This document shows positions 28,632 through 37,611 of a stretch of DNA of 59,835 bases, piece after piece. A program made the position numbers and the translations under genes. This DNA is from a phage. A model generated the notes under the pieces. The model made no database searches, had not been told where the DNA came from, and saw only the letters and a program-made list of their open reading frames with translations. Position 1 is the first letter of the stretch. The number at the start of each line of letters is the position of its first letter. Location of the stretch: sequence record PZ445421.1; one strand, given 5' to 3'.

Positions 28632-29032
28632 TGGGATTTCTCCACTTCAATAGCTGCTTTAATATCACGCAGTGCGCGAATTTCATGGTGCAGATAACCA
28701 GTATCTTCTTCCACGTTTTCCGCAGCAACGCGCTCCAGGATAGTGATCAACGAATCAACGTGCGTTGACATCATATCCGCAATGTTGAGATGACCTTTAT
28801 AAATGTCGTTCCCACTAATGCGATTATACAACGCAGCGGACGCTGATTGGTACTCCGGCCAGTCGTTAGCAATAAAAATCCCTTCGGTGACACCGCGCCC
28901 TTCAGCAACCCGCCCAAGGACAACGATGTCAGTCAGGTCTTCAATAGTCTCACGCTGGTCACGAGTGAGGTACTTTTTGACGTCATCGTTCTTAAGAACT
29001 AAGTAACGATGCTCGAAGCGTTTATCCTTCAT
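28628..29032 (-). CDS. hypothetical protein inside deazaguanine cluster
   Basis: Track ORF starts at TTG 29092; ATG 29032 (MKDKRF...) avoids the large overlap. Confidence 0.45.
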   Translation of the reverse strand: MKDKRFEHRYLVLKNDDVKKYLTRDQRETIEDLTDIVVLGRVAEGRGVTEGIFIANDWPEYQSASAALYNRISGNDIYKGHLNIADMMSTHVDSLITILERVAAENVEEDTGYLHHEIRALRDIKAAIEVEKSQ

Positions 29033-29291
29033 TTTCTTTCTCCATAAATTCACGGTATTTACGAACGCACTCGTCTTTACTACGGGACGCAAAACAGCGC
29101 CAACCGTTGTCCAGCTTGTACGACCAGTAGAACGCGCCGAAACATTTCTTCATCTGCTTAGTTACACAGACGCTCTGTTTCAGCATTTGGTTTTGAGACT
29201 TGATAAAGGCAGCACGTTCAGCGGCAGGTAACATCTCATAGGCCTCCTTCTGCATACTGGCATAAACCATCTCACGGAAATTCTGTTTCAT
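29022..29291 (-). CDS. hypothetical protein (Cys-containing, basic)
   Basis: 89-aa ORF. Confidence 0.45.
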   Translation of the reverse strand: MKQNFREMVYASMQKEAYEMLPAAERAAFIKSQNQMLKQSVCVTKQMKKCFGAFYWSYKLDNGWRCFASRSKDECVRKYREFMEKENEG

Positions 29292-29325
29292 AGGTTTCTC
29301 CTGGACGTCCCTGTCCGGTTGTTAG

Positions 29326-30741
29326 TTACTGTTCATCCAGATAGTTAATTACCTCTGGCGCGTTATTAATACTAAACGCAGTCCGTCGCATCATGCAAGG
29401 TCCACACGTACCGCAATGCAGGTCACCGTTACGGTAACAACTCCAGGTGTGCTCCAACGGGGCCCCTAAACGCAGACCTGTAGCGACAATTTCGTGCTTC
29501 ATTAAGTTACCTACTGGCATGAGCACTTCAACGCGCTTACCGTCCCCTACAGCGAACGGTAACACCTGATTAAAGCGATTAATAAACTCGGGTTCGTTGT
29601 CCGGATAGGCTCCAGCTTCTTCTAAATTGTTACCAAGAACAATATAGTCGAAACCGTTAGCTTCTGCGTATGCAGTAGCAACAGAAAGCATTACAAGGTT
29701 ACGAGCTGGAACCCATTCATGGGCGAACTCAGCACCTTCTTCACCGCCAGCAATTGTAGCATCTTGATCAAATAATGGGCTATCTTTCTTATCGTAGATC
29801 GGGATTGGAAATTCAATTAATGGAACCCCCATTACCTCCGCAATCTTACGAATAGCGTACAGTTCATTAGTTTCTGCACGACAACCATACTGGAAGTTGA
29901 TCAATGTGACATCTAAACCATTGGACTTACACATCTGAGCTGCTACTGTGCTGTCCATACCACCACTGGCGACAACTAACGCACGTTGAGTCTGCTTATT
30001 TGGAATAAGATCAACTTCATTGCATACATCAGTCGATGTGACCACATTACAGGTGTAAGGCTTCAACATTTGCTTAATAGCACGGGTTGGAAGCATATCT
30101 TCCTGGCTGGCGAAATACATACCAGTATCAGTCTTACCGATCCAGATTGGACGATAATTACATGCTGCAAACACATACCCAGGAAGTGAATCGTGCGTTG
30201 CAAGGATTGCGTAACTTCCTTTCAACTTGCGAATAATTTCATGAAATACGTTATAAAGGTAATCTGAATCAGACAGACACGTTTCATCCGCTGAAAGTGT
30301 GCATTCCGCTAACTGTTCAACAATCGCAGCACTATCAATTTTAGTCTGTAGTGCATAGGTACGAAGGTCTTTATCGTTCGCAATAGTACCGTTATGAACA
30401 ATAGTCCAACCATCCATATGATACGGTTGCTGGTCCCACTCGTTCTTGTCAACGACCCACTCTGTAGTCGGTTCAGCACGAGCGTTACCAATCATTGTGA
30501 AGCTACCAATAGCTCCAGCATGAGATACAATGCGCCCAACTTTGACAGGACGTTCCAGTGATGTTTCCTTACCGACACTAACAATACGTTGCGGGTGCAT
30601 ACTGTGGTCACCATGCGTAAAGCGTACACCAAGACCATCACGACCACGCTTGATACTAGCTTTAATAAGATCCTCAATGTCGTTACGGATAATAAGACTT
30701 TCAGGTTGACCGTTAGTAATAACACCAAAGATAGAGCACAT
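29326..30741 (-). CDS. queC: glutamine amidotransferase (class II, Ntn) - QueC fusion (7-cyano-7-deazaguanine synthase-like)
   Basis: Start reset to ATG 30741 (SD 'AAGGAAGG') giving N-terminal 'MCSIFGV' (Cys-2 nucleophile, AsnB-like); PP-loop 'VVASGGMDST'; C-terminal Zn Cys cluster 'CYRNGDLHCGTCGPC'. Confidence 0.85.
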   Translation of the reverse strand: MCSIFGVITNGQPESLIIRNDIEDLIKASIKRGRDGLGVRFTHGDHSMHPQRIVSVGKETSLERPVKVGRIVSHAGAIGSFTMIGNARAEPTTEWVVDKNEWDQQPYHMDGWTIVHNGTIANDKDLRTYALQTKIDSAAIVEQLAECTLSADETCLSDSDYLYNVFHEIIRKLKGSYAILATHDSLPGYVFAACNYRPIWIGKTDTGMYFASQEDMLPTRAIKQMLKPYTCNVVTSTDVCNEVDLIPNKQTQRALVVASGGMDSTVAAQMCKSNGLDVTLINFQYGCRAETNELYAIRKIAEVMGVPLIEFPIPIYDKKDSPLFDQDATIAGGEEGAEFAHEWVPARNLVMLSVATAYAEANGFDYIVLGNNLEEAGAYPDNEPEFINRFNQVLPFAVGDGKRVEVLMPVGNLMKHEIVATGLRLGAPLEHTWSCYRNGDLHCGTCGPCMMRRTAFSINNAPEVINYLDEQ

Positions 30742-30742
30742 A

Positions 30743-31501
30743 TTATTTACCTTCCTTAACCATTTCAATTTCACGCTCAACGCATGCAATAATATCGTTG
30801 AGGTCTTCCAGTAAGTCTTTATGACCGCGCTCACCCGCACACAGCACTTTCTTCAGTGCATGTTGCATGGGCCCACTGGTTACATTGAATGCTTTAATTA
30901 CATCATACACGTCAACCCACACATCGATTTCAATCGGGCTACCGTTAATGTCATGTGATTCAAAACTTTTGATTTTGCGCATATATTTATTTGGACGTGG
31001 AGCTTTAATATCCTGGATGCAATCCTTATTAACAAACGCTTCATTAACGAATAGTTCCGGCTCGCCTTCTTTGTCACGATCAACTTTAAAGACGCTCGCA
31101 AGTACATCTTCCATGATACCAGCTAATTTTTCAGAAGAAGTTTTATGATTTTTAACCATCTTCCCCACCTCTTCTGCTTTCTGGCTTCCGCTAACAGAAG
31201 GACTAATGCGCCATTTGTAAAGCGCATTACGCGGAGGCGTTACATGCGTGTTGTAGACTGTCTTTAAGTTCATAAGATCATTTCCATCCATACCTTCAAC
31301 AAAGACAGTGAGTGCGGGACTGCTATCGTTCAGAACATCTACTAAATATCCTTCTCGAATTACAGATGCAAGAGCTGCATGGGACGCCGCCTGAGAAACT
31401 GTGGTCACATAATGTTTTACAAATCCGTCTTCATCAAACAGACACTGGTTTAACACATTTTGTGGAACAATTTGACCGAGTAATTGAATATGCTTATTCA
31501 T
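30743..31501 (-). CDS. hypothetical protein (252 aa) between Gat-QueC and QueE
   Basis: Long ORF, stop 1 nt from the queC start; no motif recognised. Confidence 0.55.
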   Translation of the reverse strand: MNKHIQLLGQIVPQNVLNQCLFDEDGFVKHYVTTVSQAASHAALASVIREGYLVDVLNDSSPALTVFVEGMDGNDLMNLKTVYNTHVTPPRNALYKWRISPSVSGSQKAEEVGKMVKNHKTSSEKLAGIMEDVLASVFKVDRDKEGEPELFVNEAFVNKDCIQDIKAPRPNKYMRKIKSFESHDINGSPIEIDVWVDVYDVIKAFNVTSGPMQHALKKVLCAGERGHKDLLEDLNDIIACVEREIEMVKEGK

Positions 31502-31618
31502 AACGATTTACCTTATTAGTTGAACATACCGTGTCTTTTAGCGCGTTGACCGTCACCAGCATAATGATCATTAGCCACAGCAATCATCCATGCGTTTTTG
31601 AATATGTATAACTTCACT

Positions 31619-31873
31619 CTACACCTTAGTTAATGTCTGAGTCCAATCTAACCCTTCAAGATCAACTTTTGCAATCTTCTCGTAATAACCAGCATCAATA
31701 TCAGGAACCCAGCGACCATACTCCACATTACAACATATTGGATCGTCTTCGTAACCCATCAGAGTTCCGTTTTTATCACAGGCAAGATATGTGACCCAAT
31801 TTGGAACTGTTAAGTTAATACCATGAAACTTAACAACTTTATTAGTTTTAAACAGGGTTTTTACACGCATCAC
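31619..31873 (-). CDS. hypothetical protein (84 aa)
   Basis: ORF overlapping the queE stop by 4 nt. Confidence 0.5.
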   Translation of the reverse strand: MMRVKTLFKTNKVVKFHGINLTVPNWVTYLACDKNGTLMGYEDDPICCNVEYGRWVPDIDAGYYEKIAKVDLEGLDWTQTLTKV

Positions 31874-32634
31874 TCTACACCTAAATATTTGTGGATCTGC
31901 AACTGCACGATGTAATTATGCTTCATTGCGTATTTAACGACAGCTTGAGTGTTTGCTTTATTAGCATCGTCGTCCTGTTCATCCATAGGTTGAAGATAGA
32001 TATTACCTTTAAAGTGTACCGGAGGACGTGCGATAAATGGTGTTGCACGGTGATCCAGTGCCTGCAACGGTAATCCATCTTCCTCGTTGACGTTTCCGCT
32101 TTTCATTACATATTTGAAAGCGTCTGCTCTGGCAGAAACACTAGGGTGAATCTTTGCTGCCTTAGGACTACATACTACCACACAACTATAGTTGAGTTCA
32201 CGCGGGATAGGCATAGTTCCGTTAGTTTCAACCTGTACACGGTATCCCTTCATATCGATAAGATAGTTGATAAAATTAACAACTTCAGGTTGACGGAAAG
32301 GTTCGCCACCAGTAATAACAACTAATTCAGTCTTAGCTTCACCAGTAACACGGACAATCTCTTGCCAGATATCGTTATGACTCATCTTCCTACGATTAGA
32401 CGTATAGTTTGTATCACAACCTGGGCATTGTAAGTTGCAACCAGCTAATCGAACAAATACGGCAGGTTGACCACAAAATGGACCTTCACCTTGAATGGTA
32501 TGAAAAATGGAATGTACATCAAGAATACCATGTTCACGAACTAACTTCTCAGGTTCCTGAGTATTAATAATTTTCATATGATTTCCAAATTTGGCTTGAG
32601 CCCAGTGGTGGGCGATAATGGCTTGTGCAAACAT
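31870..32634 (-). CDS. queE: 7-carboxy-7-deazaguanine synthase (radical SAM)
   Basis: 'SIFHTIQGEGPFCGQPAVFVRLAGCNLQCPGCDT' matches QueE; ATG 32634 with SD 'GAGG' preferred over track TTG 32658. Confidence 0.85.
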   Translation of the reverse strand: MFAQAIIAHHWAQAKFGNHMKIINTQEPEKLVREHGILDVHSIFHTIQGEGPFCGQPAVFVRLAGCNLQCPGCDTNYTSNRRKMSHNDIWQEIVRVTGEAKTELVVITGGEPFRQPEVVNFINYLIDMKGYRVQVETNGTMPIPRELNYSCVVVCSPKAAKIHPSVSARADAFKYVMKSGNVNEEDGLPLQALDHRATPFIARPPVHFKGNIYLQPMDEQDDDANKANTQAVVKYAMKHNYIVQLQIHKYLGVE

Positions 32635-32657
32635 TTGAACCTCGGGGTAAGATAACA

Positions 32658-32678
32658 AAGGGGCAGTAGATGCCCCTT
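32658..32678 (-). other. hairpin upstream of queE (possible partial terminator/attenuator)
   Basis: AAGGGGCA-gtaga-TGCCCCTT; on the minus strand followed by UUGUUAUCUU. Confidence 0.3.
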
Positions 32679-32702
32679 CTGAGTTTCCGAAGTGTCTACA
32701 GA

Positions 32703-33527
32703 TTACTCTGCAGATTTCTGAGACGGAATTTCTACGTTAGCGGCCGCCTGTGCAATATTAGCAGGTACTGGAACGGATACGCGACCAGTAATGCCCATGT
32801 ATTTTTTCCAGCGAGCATATTCCGCTTTAACGTTCGCTTCGTTCAGGCCTTTGTCCAGTGCAACAGGCAGAACGTAGCTGATCGGCGCAGTCTGACCAAG
32901 CTCCAGGGTGACAGCGTCAAAGATATCCCATGCAGCACGACACAGAGTACCGACACCAGGCTTACGAATACCGTTCTGTTCAGGCTCTTTCTTATCTTCG
33001 CGTTCTGCTGCTTTACGAGCACGCTCTTCGTCCTGCAGACGTTTCTTCTCAGCGCGTTCTGCGTCACGTTTCGCTTTTTCAGCGGCCTTAGTGGCTTCGC
33101 GGGCAGCGGATACACGGCCTTTAACATCTTTCAGGGTGGATTCAATGCTAGAAACCAGATCTTCAGATGCTGCAACGGCAGTTTTCAGTTGATCATTGTC
33201 TTTAATTTTACGTGCGGCCGCTTTGACAGCTTTCAGACCTTCTTTAGCGGTCTTCAGTTGAGCTGTAACTACGCCTTCAACTGCTTTAACTTCGTCCAGC
33301 AATGAACCTTCGTTCAGGGTCGCGAACTGTTCTTTAACAGCGGACACAGCACCTTCGATCACATTGTAACCGTCAGTGGCTTCGTTCAATGCGGCGTCAA
33401 CTTTAGCCTGCAATTCACGTGCTGCTTTTTCTTCAGCTTCACGTTTTTTCTTTGCTTCAGCTTCTTTTGCTGCTTTCTTTGCAGCTTCTTCTGCTTCCAG
33501 TTGTTCTGGAGTTTTCTCTTTAGCCAT
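32703..33527 (-). CDS. Lys/Ala/Glu-rich coiled-coil protein (274 aa), function unknown
   Basis: Long ORF with clear ATG and dedicated promoter; strongly low-complexity KAE composition. Confidence 0.55.
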   Translation of the reverse strand: MAKEKTPEQLEAEEAAKKAAKEAEAKKKREAEEKAARELQAKVDAALNEATDGYNVIEGAVSAVKEQFATLNEGSLLDEVKAVEGVVTAQLKTAKEGLKAVKAAARKIKDNDQLKTAVAASEDLVSSIESTLKDVKGRVSAAREATKAAEKAKRDAERAEKKRLQDEERARKAAEREDKKEPEQNGIRKPGVGTLCRAAWDIFDAVTLELGQTAPISYVLPVALDKGLNEANVKAEYARWKKYMGITGRVSVPVPANIAQAAANVEIPSQKSAE

Positions 33528-33582
33528 GATTTAAATCCTCACAGTGTGGTTATTGGTTGTGAACTACGTTTTAAGTGGTTGC

Positions 33583-33611
33583 ACTATAACCCCTCTAAAA
33601 GAACTATGCAA
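33583..33611 (-). promoter_or_regulatory. sigma70-like promoter (TTGCAT-N17-TATAGT) on minus strand
   Basis: Plus-strand 'atgcaa' 33606-33611 and 'actata' 33583-33588 with 17-nt spacing; about 50 nt upstream of ATG 33527. Confidence 0.5.
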
Positions 33612-33623
33612 TATTTTAGTTAA

Positions 33624-34346
33624 TTAATTTAAGCCACGTTCTTTTACCCAGACCCCTAATGTATTGCTTGATGTATTACGCTTCACACCTTGTGCCTCTA
33701 AACGATCCATCATTTGTTTTCTAAGCTGAAGGATTTCCTTCTTGTCACGAGGTTCACCAGCTTCTTTCCACATTTCGTCAGCAACAGCGAAAATAATATC
33801 GCGAGTGCCGGCTGTACGCGACGTTGCGGCACGTTTTTCGTTTGCCGGTGCGCTAGTACCTTGCCGCTCTCTTGTCGGTGTCCATGCCCCTTGTATGCCC
33901 ATATTTGTTTGTACGGTTGGGCCGTCAATGATGGTGGATTCCAATGAACTATCATTCCGTACTTGAATATTAAGCTCCTCCCCCAAATCTGGAACAGAGC
34001 TGCCTTCGCGGTACATGCACTCACCCTCTTTATTACTAGCAATTGCCCAGTCCGCTTGTTCAGCCACATCCGCATCTATTACTGTCTCCGGTATTTCATT
34101 TAAAAAGTAATGGATGATCTTACTGATCATTTTCTTTGGATATAAAGCACCTTGCTTATTACCCGTTAAGTTGATGTACAAAAGTTGCATTTGCACATCA
34201 TCAAACTCTTTATGCAGTTCTTCAACTTCTAACGGAAGAACTACAGAACTTTCGCTACAGCATAGAATTCCATACTCATGAAGACGTTGGAAGTTTGGAT
34301 GCTTGGCTAATACCTGCATCCGATCGTAATCAATTAAGACGTACAT
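33624..34346 (-). CDS. hypothetical protein
   Basis: Track ORF 33624..34424; ATG 34346 with SD 'GGAAGG' abuts the upstream stop. Confidence 0.5.
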   Translation of the reverse strand: MYVLIDYDRMQVLAKHPNFQRLHEYGILCCSESSVVLPLEVEELHKEFDDVQMQLLYINLTGNKQGALYPKKMISKIIHYFLNEIPETVIDADVAEQADWAIASNKEGECMYREGSSVPDLGEELNIQVRNDSSLESTIIDGPTVQTNMGIQGAWTPTRERQGTSAPANEKRAATSRTAGTRDIIFAVADEMWKEAGEPRDKKEILQLRKQMMDRLEAQGVKRNTSSNTLGVWVKERGLN

Positions 34347-34347
34347 A

Positions 34348-34587
34348 TTAATCCTTCCACCATTCGGGCCCACAATACATTCCACGTAGTTCTTCACGCA
34401 TGTAATTTTCAAACTCGTCTTCAATATTGATTACTTGACTTTCGTGAAAAACTGCTACACCATGAATAAATCGTTTAGCTCTTTCTCCTTTAATTACACC
34501 GTAACCTAACGCCTCCCACTCTTTAAAAGTCTTCCATTCACCATCTTCCGGTGAATAGTCGTCACTTCTAAACGTCATCTTTGCCAT
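34348..34587 (-). CDS. hypothetical protein (79 aa)
   Basis: Track ORF 34348..34755 overlaps the helicase; internal ATG 34587 with SD 'GAGG' sits just after the helicase stop. Confidence 0.4.
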   Translation of the reverse strand: MAKMTFRSDDYSPEDGEWKTFKEWEALGYGVIKGERAKRFIHGVAVFHESQVINIEDEFENYMREELRGMYCGPEWWKD

Positions 34588-34594
34588 ATAAGCC

Positions 34595-36598
34595 TCAAAA
34601 CGGAATGTCGTCATCAAAGTCTGGTGGTAGTTCTTTACCGTTACCAGTAAGAATAGGTTGATTAGACGTAGAATGCAATACTGTCGTACGGGAATCAGTC
34701 TGCTCATCTTCATCAAACTTATTCGTATAACTGCTACCAAACTGGGACAGACCATTCATTGCTGCAATTTGTACAACCGGACGTTCGTTTGTTGCTTCTT
34801 TCTTACCGAATTCACTACCATCATAACAACTATTCAACACTTCTGGGAACTTACCCTTCAAGTTGACATAAATGTGCGTCGGTACACGAAGCTGGCTGAC
34901 CACATTGAGAGCTTCGTCAATGTTGGCTGGGATTGCCAAGCTGCAATGCTCACGCCACCAGTTACGCGCTTTCTTGCCTGCAAAACCAGTATGGAACAGA
35001 CAAATATATTGTTGAATAGTTTGTGAGCCACAAAGATAATCGACACGAAGTGTTGGTGGCTTAGAACGGTCACCCCTGTTCTCGTGGCGGTAGTAACTCA
35101 CCATATCAACTTTCAACACTTCAGTAACTGGTAGATCATTCTTGATAATAGCTTTCGTACTAGCACTCGCCATTAGTTTCTTCTCAAAAGTAAACTCATG
35201 ACCACAATAACCAGCACGGCACGCTTTATTATTTGTAATGGTATAACCTAACCCTTGCAGATAAAGTATTTCTTCATGTGACATACTGCTTGTGTCGAAT
35301 GGTTTTAACCCACCGCAATAGCGAACCGACGCATGGTTCCAGGTTTTACATACCGGGCATTCTTTAACAGGTGCAGCGGACTTTCCTTTCTGCCCTGGGC
35401 GCTTAGGAATTACAGGGTCGTTAATAGGCCCAAGGCGTCTTGTGTTACCTGCATAATCCAATACAAGACAGTTCTGTTTATGCGAAGCGGAGATAGCTTG
35501 CAAACGACCTTCCGTTGTGGTCAAATCAAAACCATCAGCATAATCAGGTCGAGTACCACGTCCAAGCATCTGAACCCACAAACGGGAAGATTGAGATGGT
35601 CGCATACCGATTATCAAGTCAAGACCCGGATGGTCAAAACCTGTCGTTAATACGTTGTTGTTCGCTATTGCCTGCAAACGACCAGCTTTAAAGTCAATAA
35701 GGTACTGGTCACGCAAGGCTTTCGGTGTATCGCCAGTTACAACTTCACAACTAATACCGCGCTCATTAAGATAGTCTTTTACATCCTTTGCATGGTCCAC
35801 ACCAGCACAAAAGATAAGCCAACTCATCCTATTCTCTTCTTCCGCAATACTAATCGCATCATCTAACAAATGACGTGTTACATCAGGGTCGTTTACAACT
35901 TTCTGAAGTTCACTTTCAATGAACTCACCGCCTCGAGTATGAACACCACTTACATCATACTCTTTCTTTGTTTTACGTGGTACTAACGGAACCAGATAAC
36001 CTTCATCAATAAACCAGTTGAAGCACTCTACGGTACACGCGTTAAATACGATTTCATCAAATAAAGCGTTAGGCGCATAATCATCTTTGATAATAGAACC
36101 AAAACCAAGACGCCAACTCGTAGCAGTAAGACCGATAATCTTTAGATATGGATTCTTTTCACGAATGTGCGCAAAGAATTTCTGATAACTTGTTTGTTGA
36201 TTTGGACTAATAAGGTCACATTCGTCAACTATAATAATATCAACGTCCTCAAAATATTTAGCTTGTTTTGCAACAGACTGAATACCTGCGAACGTTATCA
36301 TTGCGTTCTTATCTTTGCGACCCATACCAGCACTATAAATACCAGTCGGTGCTTCAGGCCACAACTTTTTAAATTTATCGTGGTTCTGGTCTATCAATTC
36401 TTTTACGTGAGTAATTACCATCATGCGGGTACTACCCCAATTATCGTGAATTGTCTTTAATAGACCAGCAATTACAAGGGACTTACCAGTCCCCGTAGGC
36501 AACAAGATAACAGGATTTCCTGACTTTTCACCGTGATTGATGAAATAGCGCAATGTACTGTTTACAGCTTCTTGCTGATAATCACGTAGTTTGAACAT
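34595..36598 (-). CDS. SF2 DNA helicase (DEAD/DEAH-like) with C-terminal Cys-rich region
   Basis: Motif I 'LLPTGTGKS', motif II 'DECD', motif III 'TATS', motif VI 'QMLGRGTR'. Confidence 0.8.
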   Translation of the reverse strand: MFKLRDYQQEAVNSTLRYFINHGEKSGNPVILLPTGTGKSLVIAGLLKTIHDNWGSTRMMVITHVKELIDQNHDKFKKLWPEAPTGIYSAGMGRKDKNAMITFAGIQSVAKQAKYFEDVDIIIVDECDLISPNQQTSYQKFFAHIREKNPYLKIIGLTATSWRLGFGSIIKDDYAPNALFDEIVFNACTVECFNWFIDEGYLVPLVPRKTKKEYDVSGVHTRGGEFIESELQKVVNDPDVTRHLLDDAISIAEEENRMSWLIFCAGVDHAKDVKDYLNERGISCEVVTGDTPKALRDQYLIDFKAGRLQAIANNNVLTTGFDHPGLDLIIGMRPSQSSRLWVQMLGRGTRPDYADGFDLTTTEGRLQAISASHKQNCLVLDYAGNTRRLGPINDPVIPKRPGQKGKSAAPVKECPVCKTWNHASVRYCGGLKPFDTSSMSHEEILYLQGLGYTITNNKACRAGYCGHEFTFEKKLMASASTKAIIKNDLPVTEVLKVDMVSYYRHENRGDRSKPPTLRVDYLCGSQTIQQYICLFHTGFAGKKARNWWREHCSLAIPANIDEALNVVSQLRVPTHIYVNLKGKFPEVLNSCYDGSEFGKKEATNERPVVQIAAMNGLSQFGSSYTNKFDEDEQTDSRTTVLHSTSNQPILTGNGKELPPDFDDDIPF

Positions 36599-37549
36599 TT
36601 ACTCACCGTAATAATCTGCTGCTTCGTATTGACCACATGCTGCCATCTGATCTTCCTTTGTTAATACACCTTCAGTTCCATCGGTGATGTATGCAGTAGC
36701 AGAAGCTACTTTGATTGCACATCTCCAGGTTCCATCTTCAAGCGGATAAGAGTGCTTACAGGTGCGGCAGTTAACTTCAGGCATCTTATTGTTGTGGCAT
36801 ACTGCTTTGTGGTCACACCATTTGCATTTATAGTAAGATTTACTTTCATTGAGCTTAGGTGGTGGGCATTCCGCCAGTGCAATCACAAATCCACGGTCTT
36901 TGTAGCGTTCTGCGGTTTCTTTATCAAACGGTACAAGCTCTGCCCAAATCTCGTCCGTGTTCTTATTAACTGCAATATAAAGAGCGGCTGGGAGTCCATA
37001 ATACAACATGTATTCCTGCATCTGAACATAGTGCTCCCATTTGGATTCCATCACACCATTAACGACAAGTTTCTTGAACGAATCGTTATTGTGCGTTTTC
37101 ATCTCCGTCAAGATTGGTGTAGAAGGTTGTGGCATGTCGGGGCAACCAATGACAATACCATCTATCGCAGAGCCAAAGTGCCCGTTGAGATAGCTAACTC
37201 GATACTGGCTGCCATTTTCGTCTTGTTGGATGACTTGCATACCGGCAGTAAGTAATAAGGCCACGAAGCGACCTTCTTCAAGATGCCCGCGATTGAATAG
37301 ACGTAAGGTTTTACCGTTAAAGTGCGGTTTTGTTGCCCATCTCCATCCATAGAAGATTGCTCTGCTACACTCTTGCCCGATAAGACTAATCCCAAGATGC
37401 GAACGGAATCCGCCATCTCCCTCTCGATATGCGTCTTCAATATGCGGTAATACTTTTCCGAGCCATACTCTGTAAGCGGATCCTTGATCTCGTTCAATAC
37501 AGTCATTGAATAACTCCATTGTCTTAGTAGCAGGATAAAAATGTGGCAT
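36599..37549 (-). CDS. PD-(D/E)xK-type nuclease with C-terminal Cys cluster (RecB/Cas4-like exonuclease candidate)
   Basis: 'DGIVIG...LTEMKT' D...E.K arrangement; C-terminal 'CKWCDHKAVCH...CRTCKH...WRC'. Confidence 0.5.
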   Translation of the reverse strand: MPHFYPATKTMELFNDCIERDQGSAYRVWLGKVLPHIEDAYREGDGGFRSHLGISLIGQECSRAIFYGWRWATKPHFNGKTLRLFNRGHLEEGRFVALLLTAGMQVIQQDENGSQYRVSYLNGHFGSAIDGIVIGCPDMPQPSTPILTEMKTHNNDSFKKLVVNGVMESKWEHYVQMQEYMLYYGLPAALYIAVNKNTDEIWAELVPFDKETAERYKDRGFVIALAECPPPKLNESKSYYKCKWCDHKAVCHNNKMPEVNCRTCKHSYPLEDGTWRCAIKVASATAYITDGTEGVLTKEDQMAACGQYEAADYYGE

Positions 37550-37611
37550 ATCATAATCCTATATAGAAAAATAAAGCTCCCGGAGGAGCTTTATTATAAC
37601 ATGATTTTTAA

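Noticed and set aside
32670-33305. Plus-strand ORFs (211 aa and 94 aa) antisense to the K/A/E-rich gene
   Set aside because: Low-complexity mirror of the repetitive coding strand; starts at TTG with no RBS; the minus-strand gene has promoter and SD
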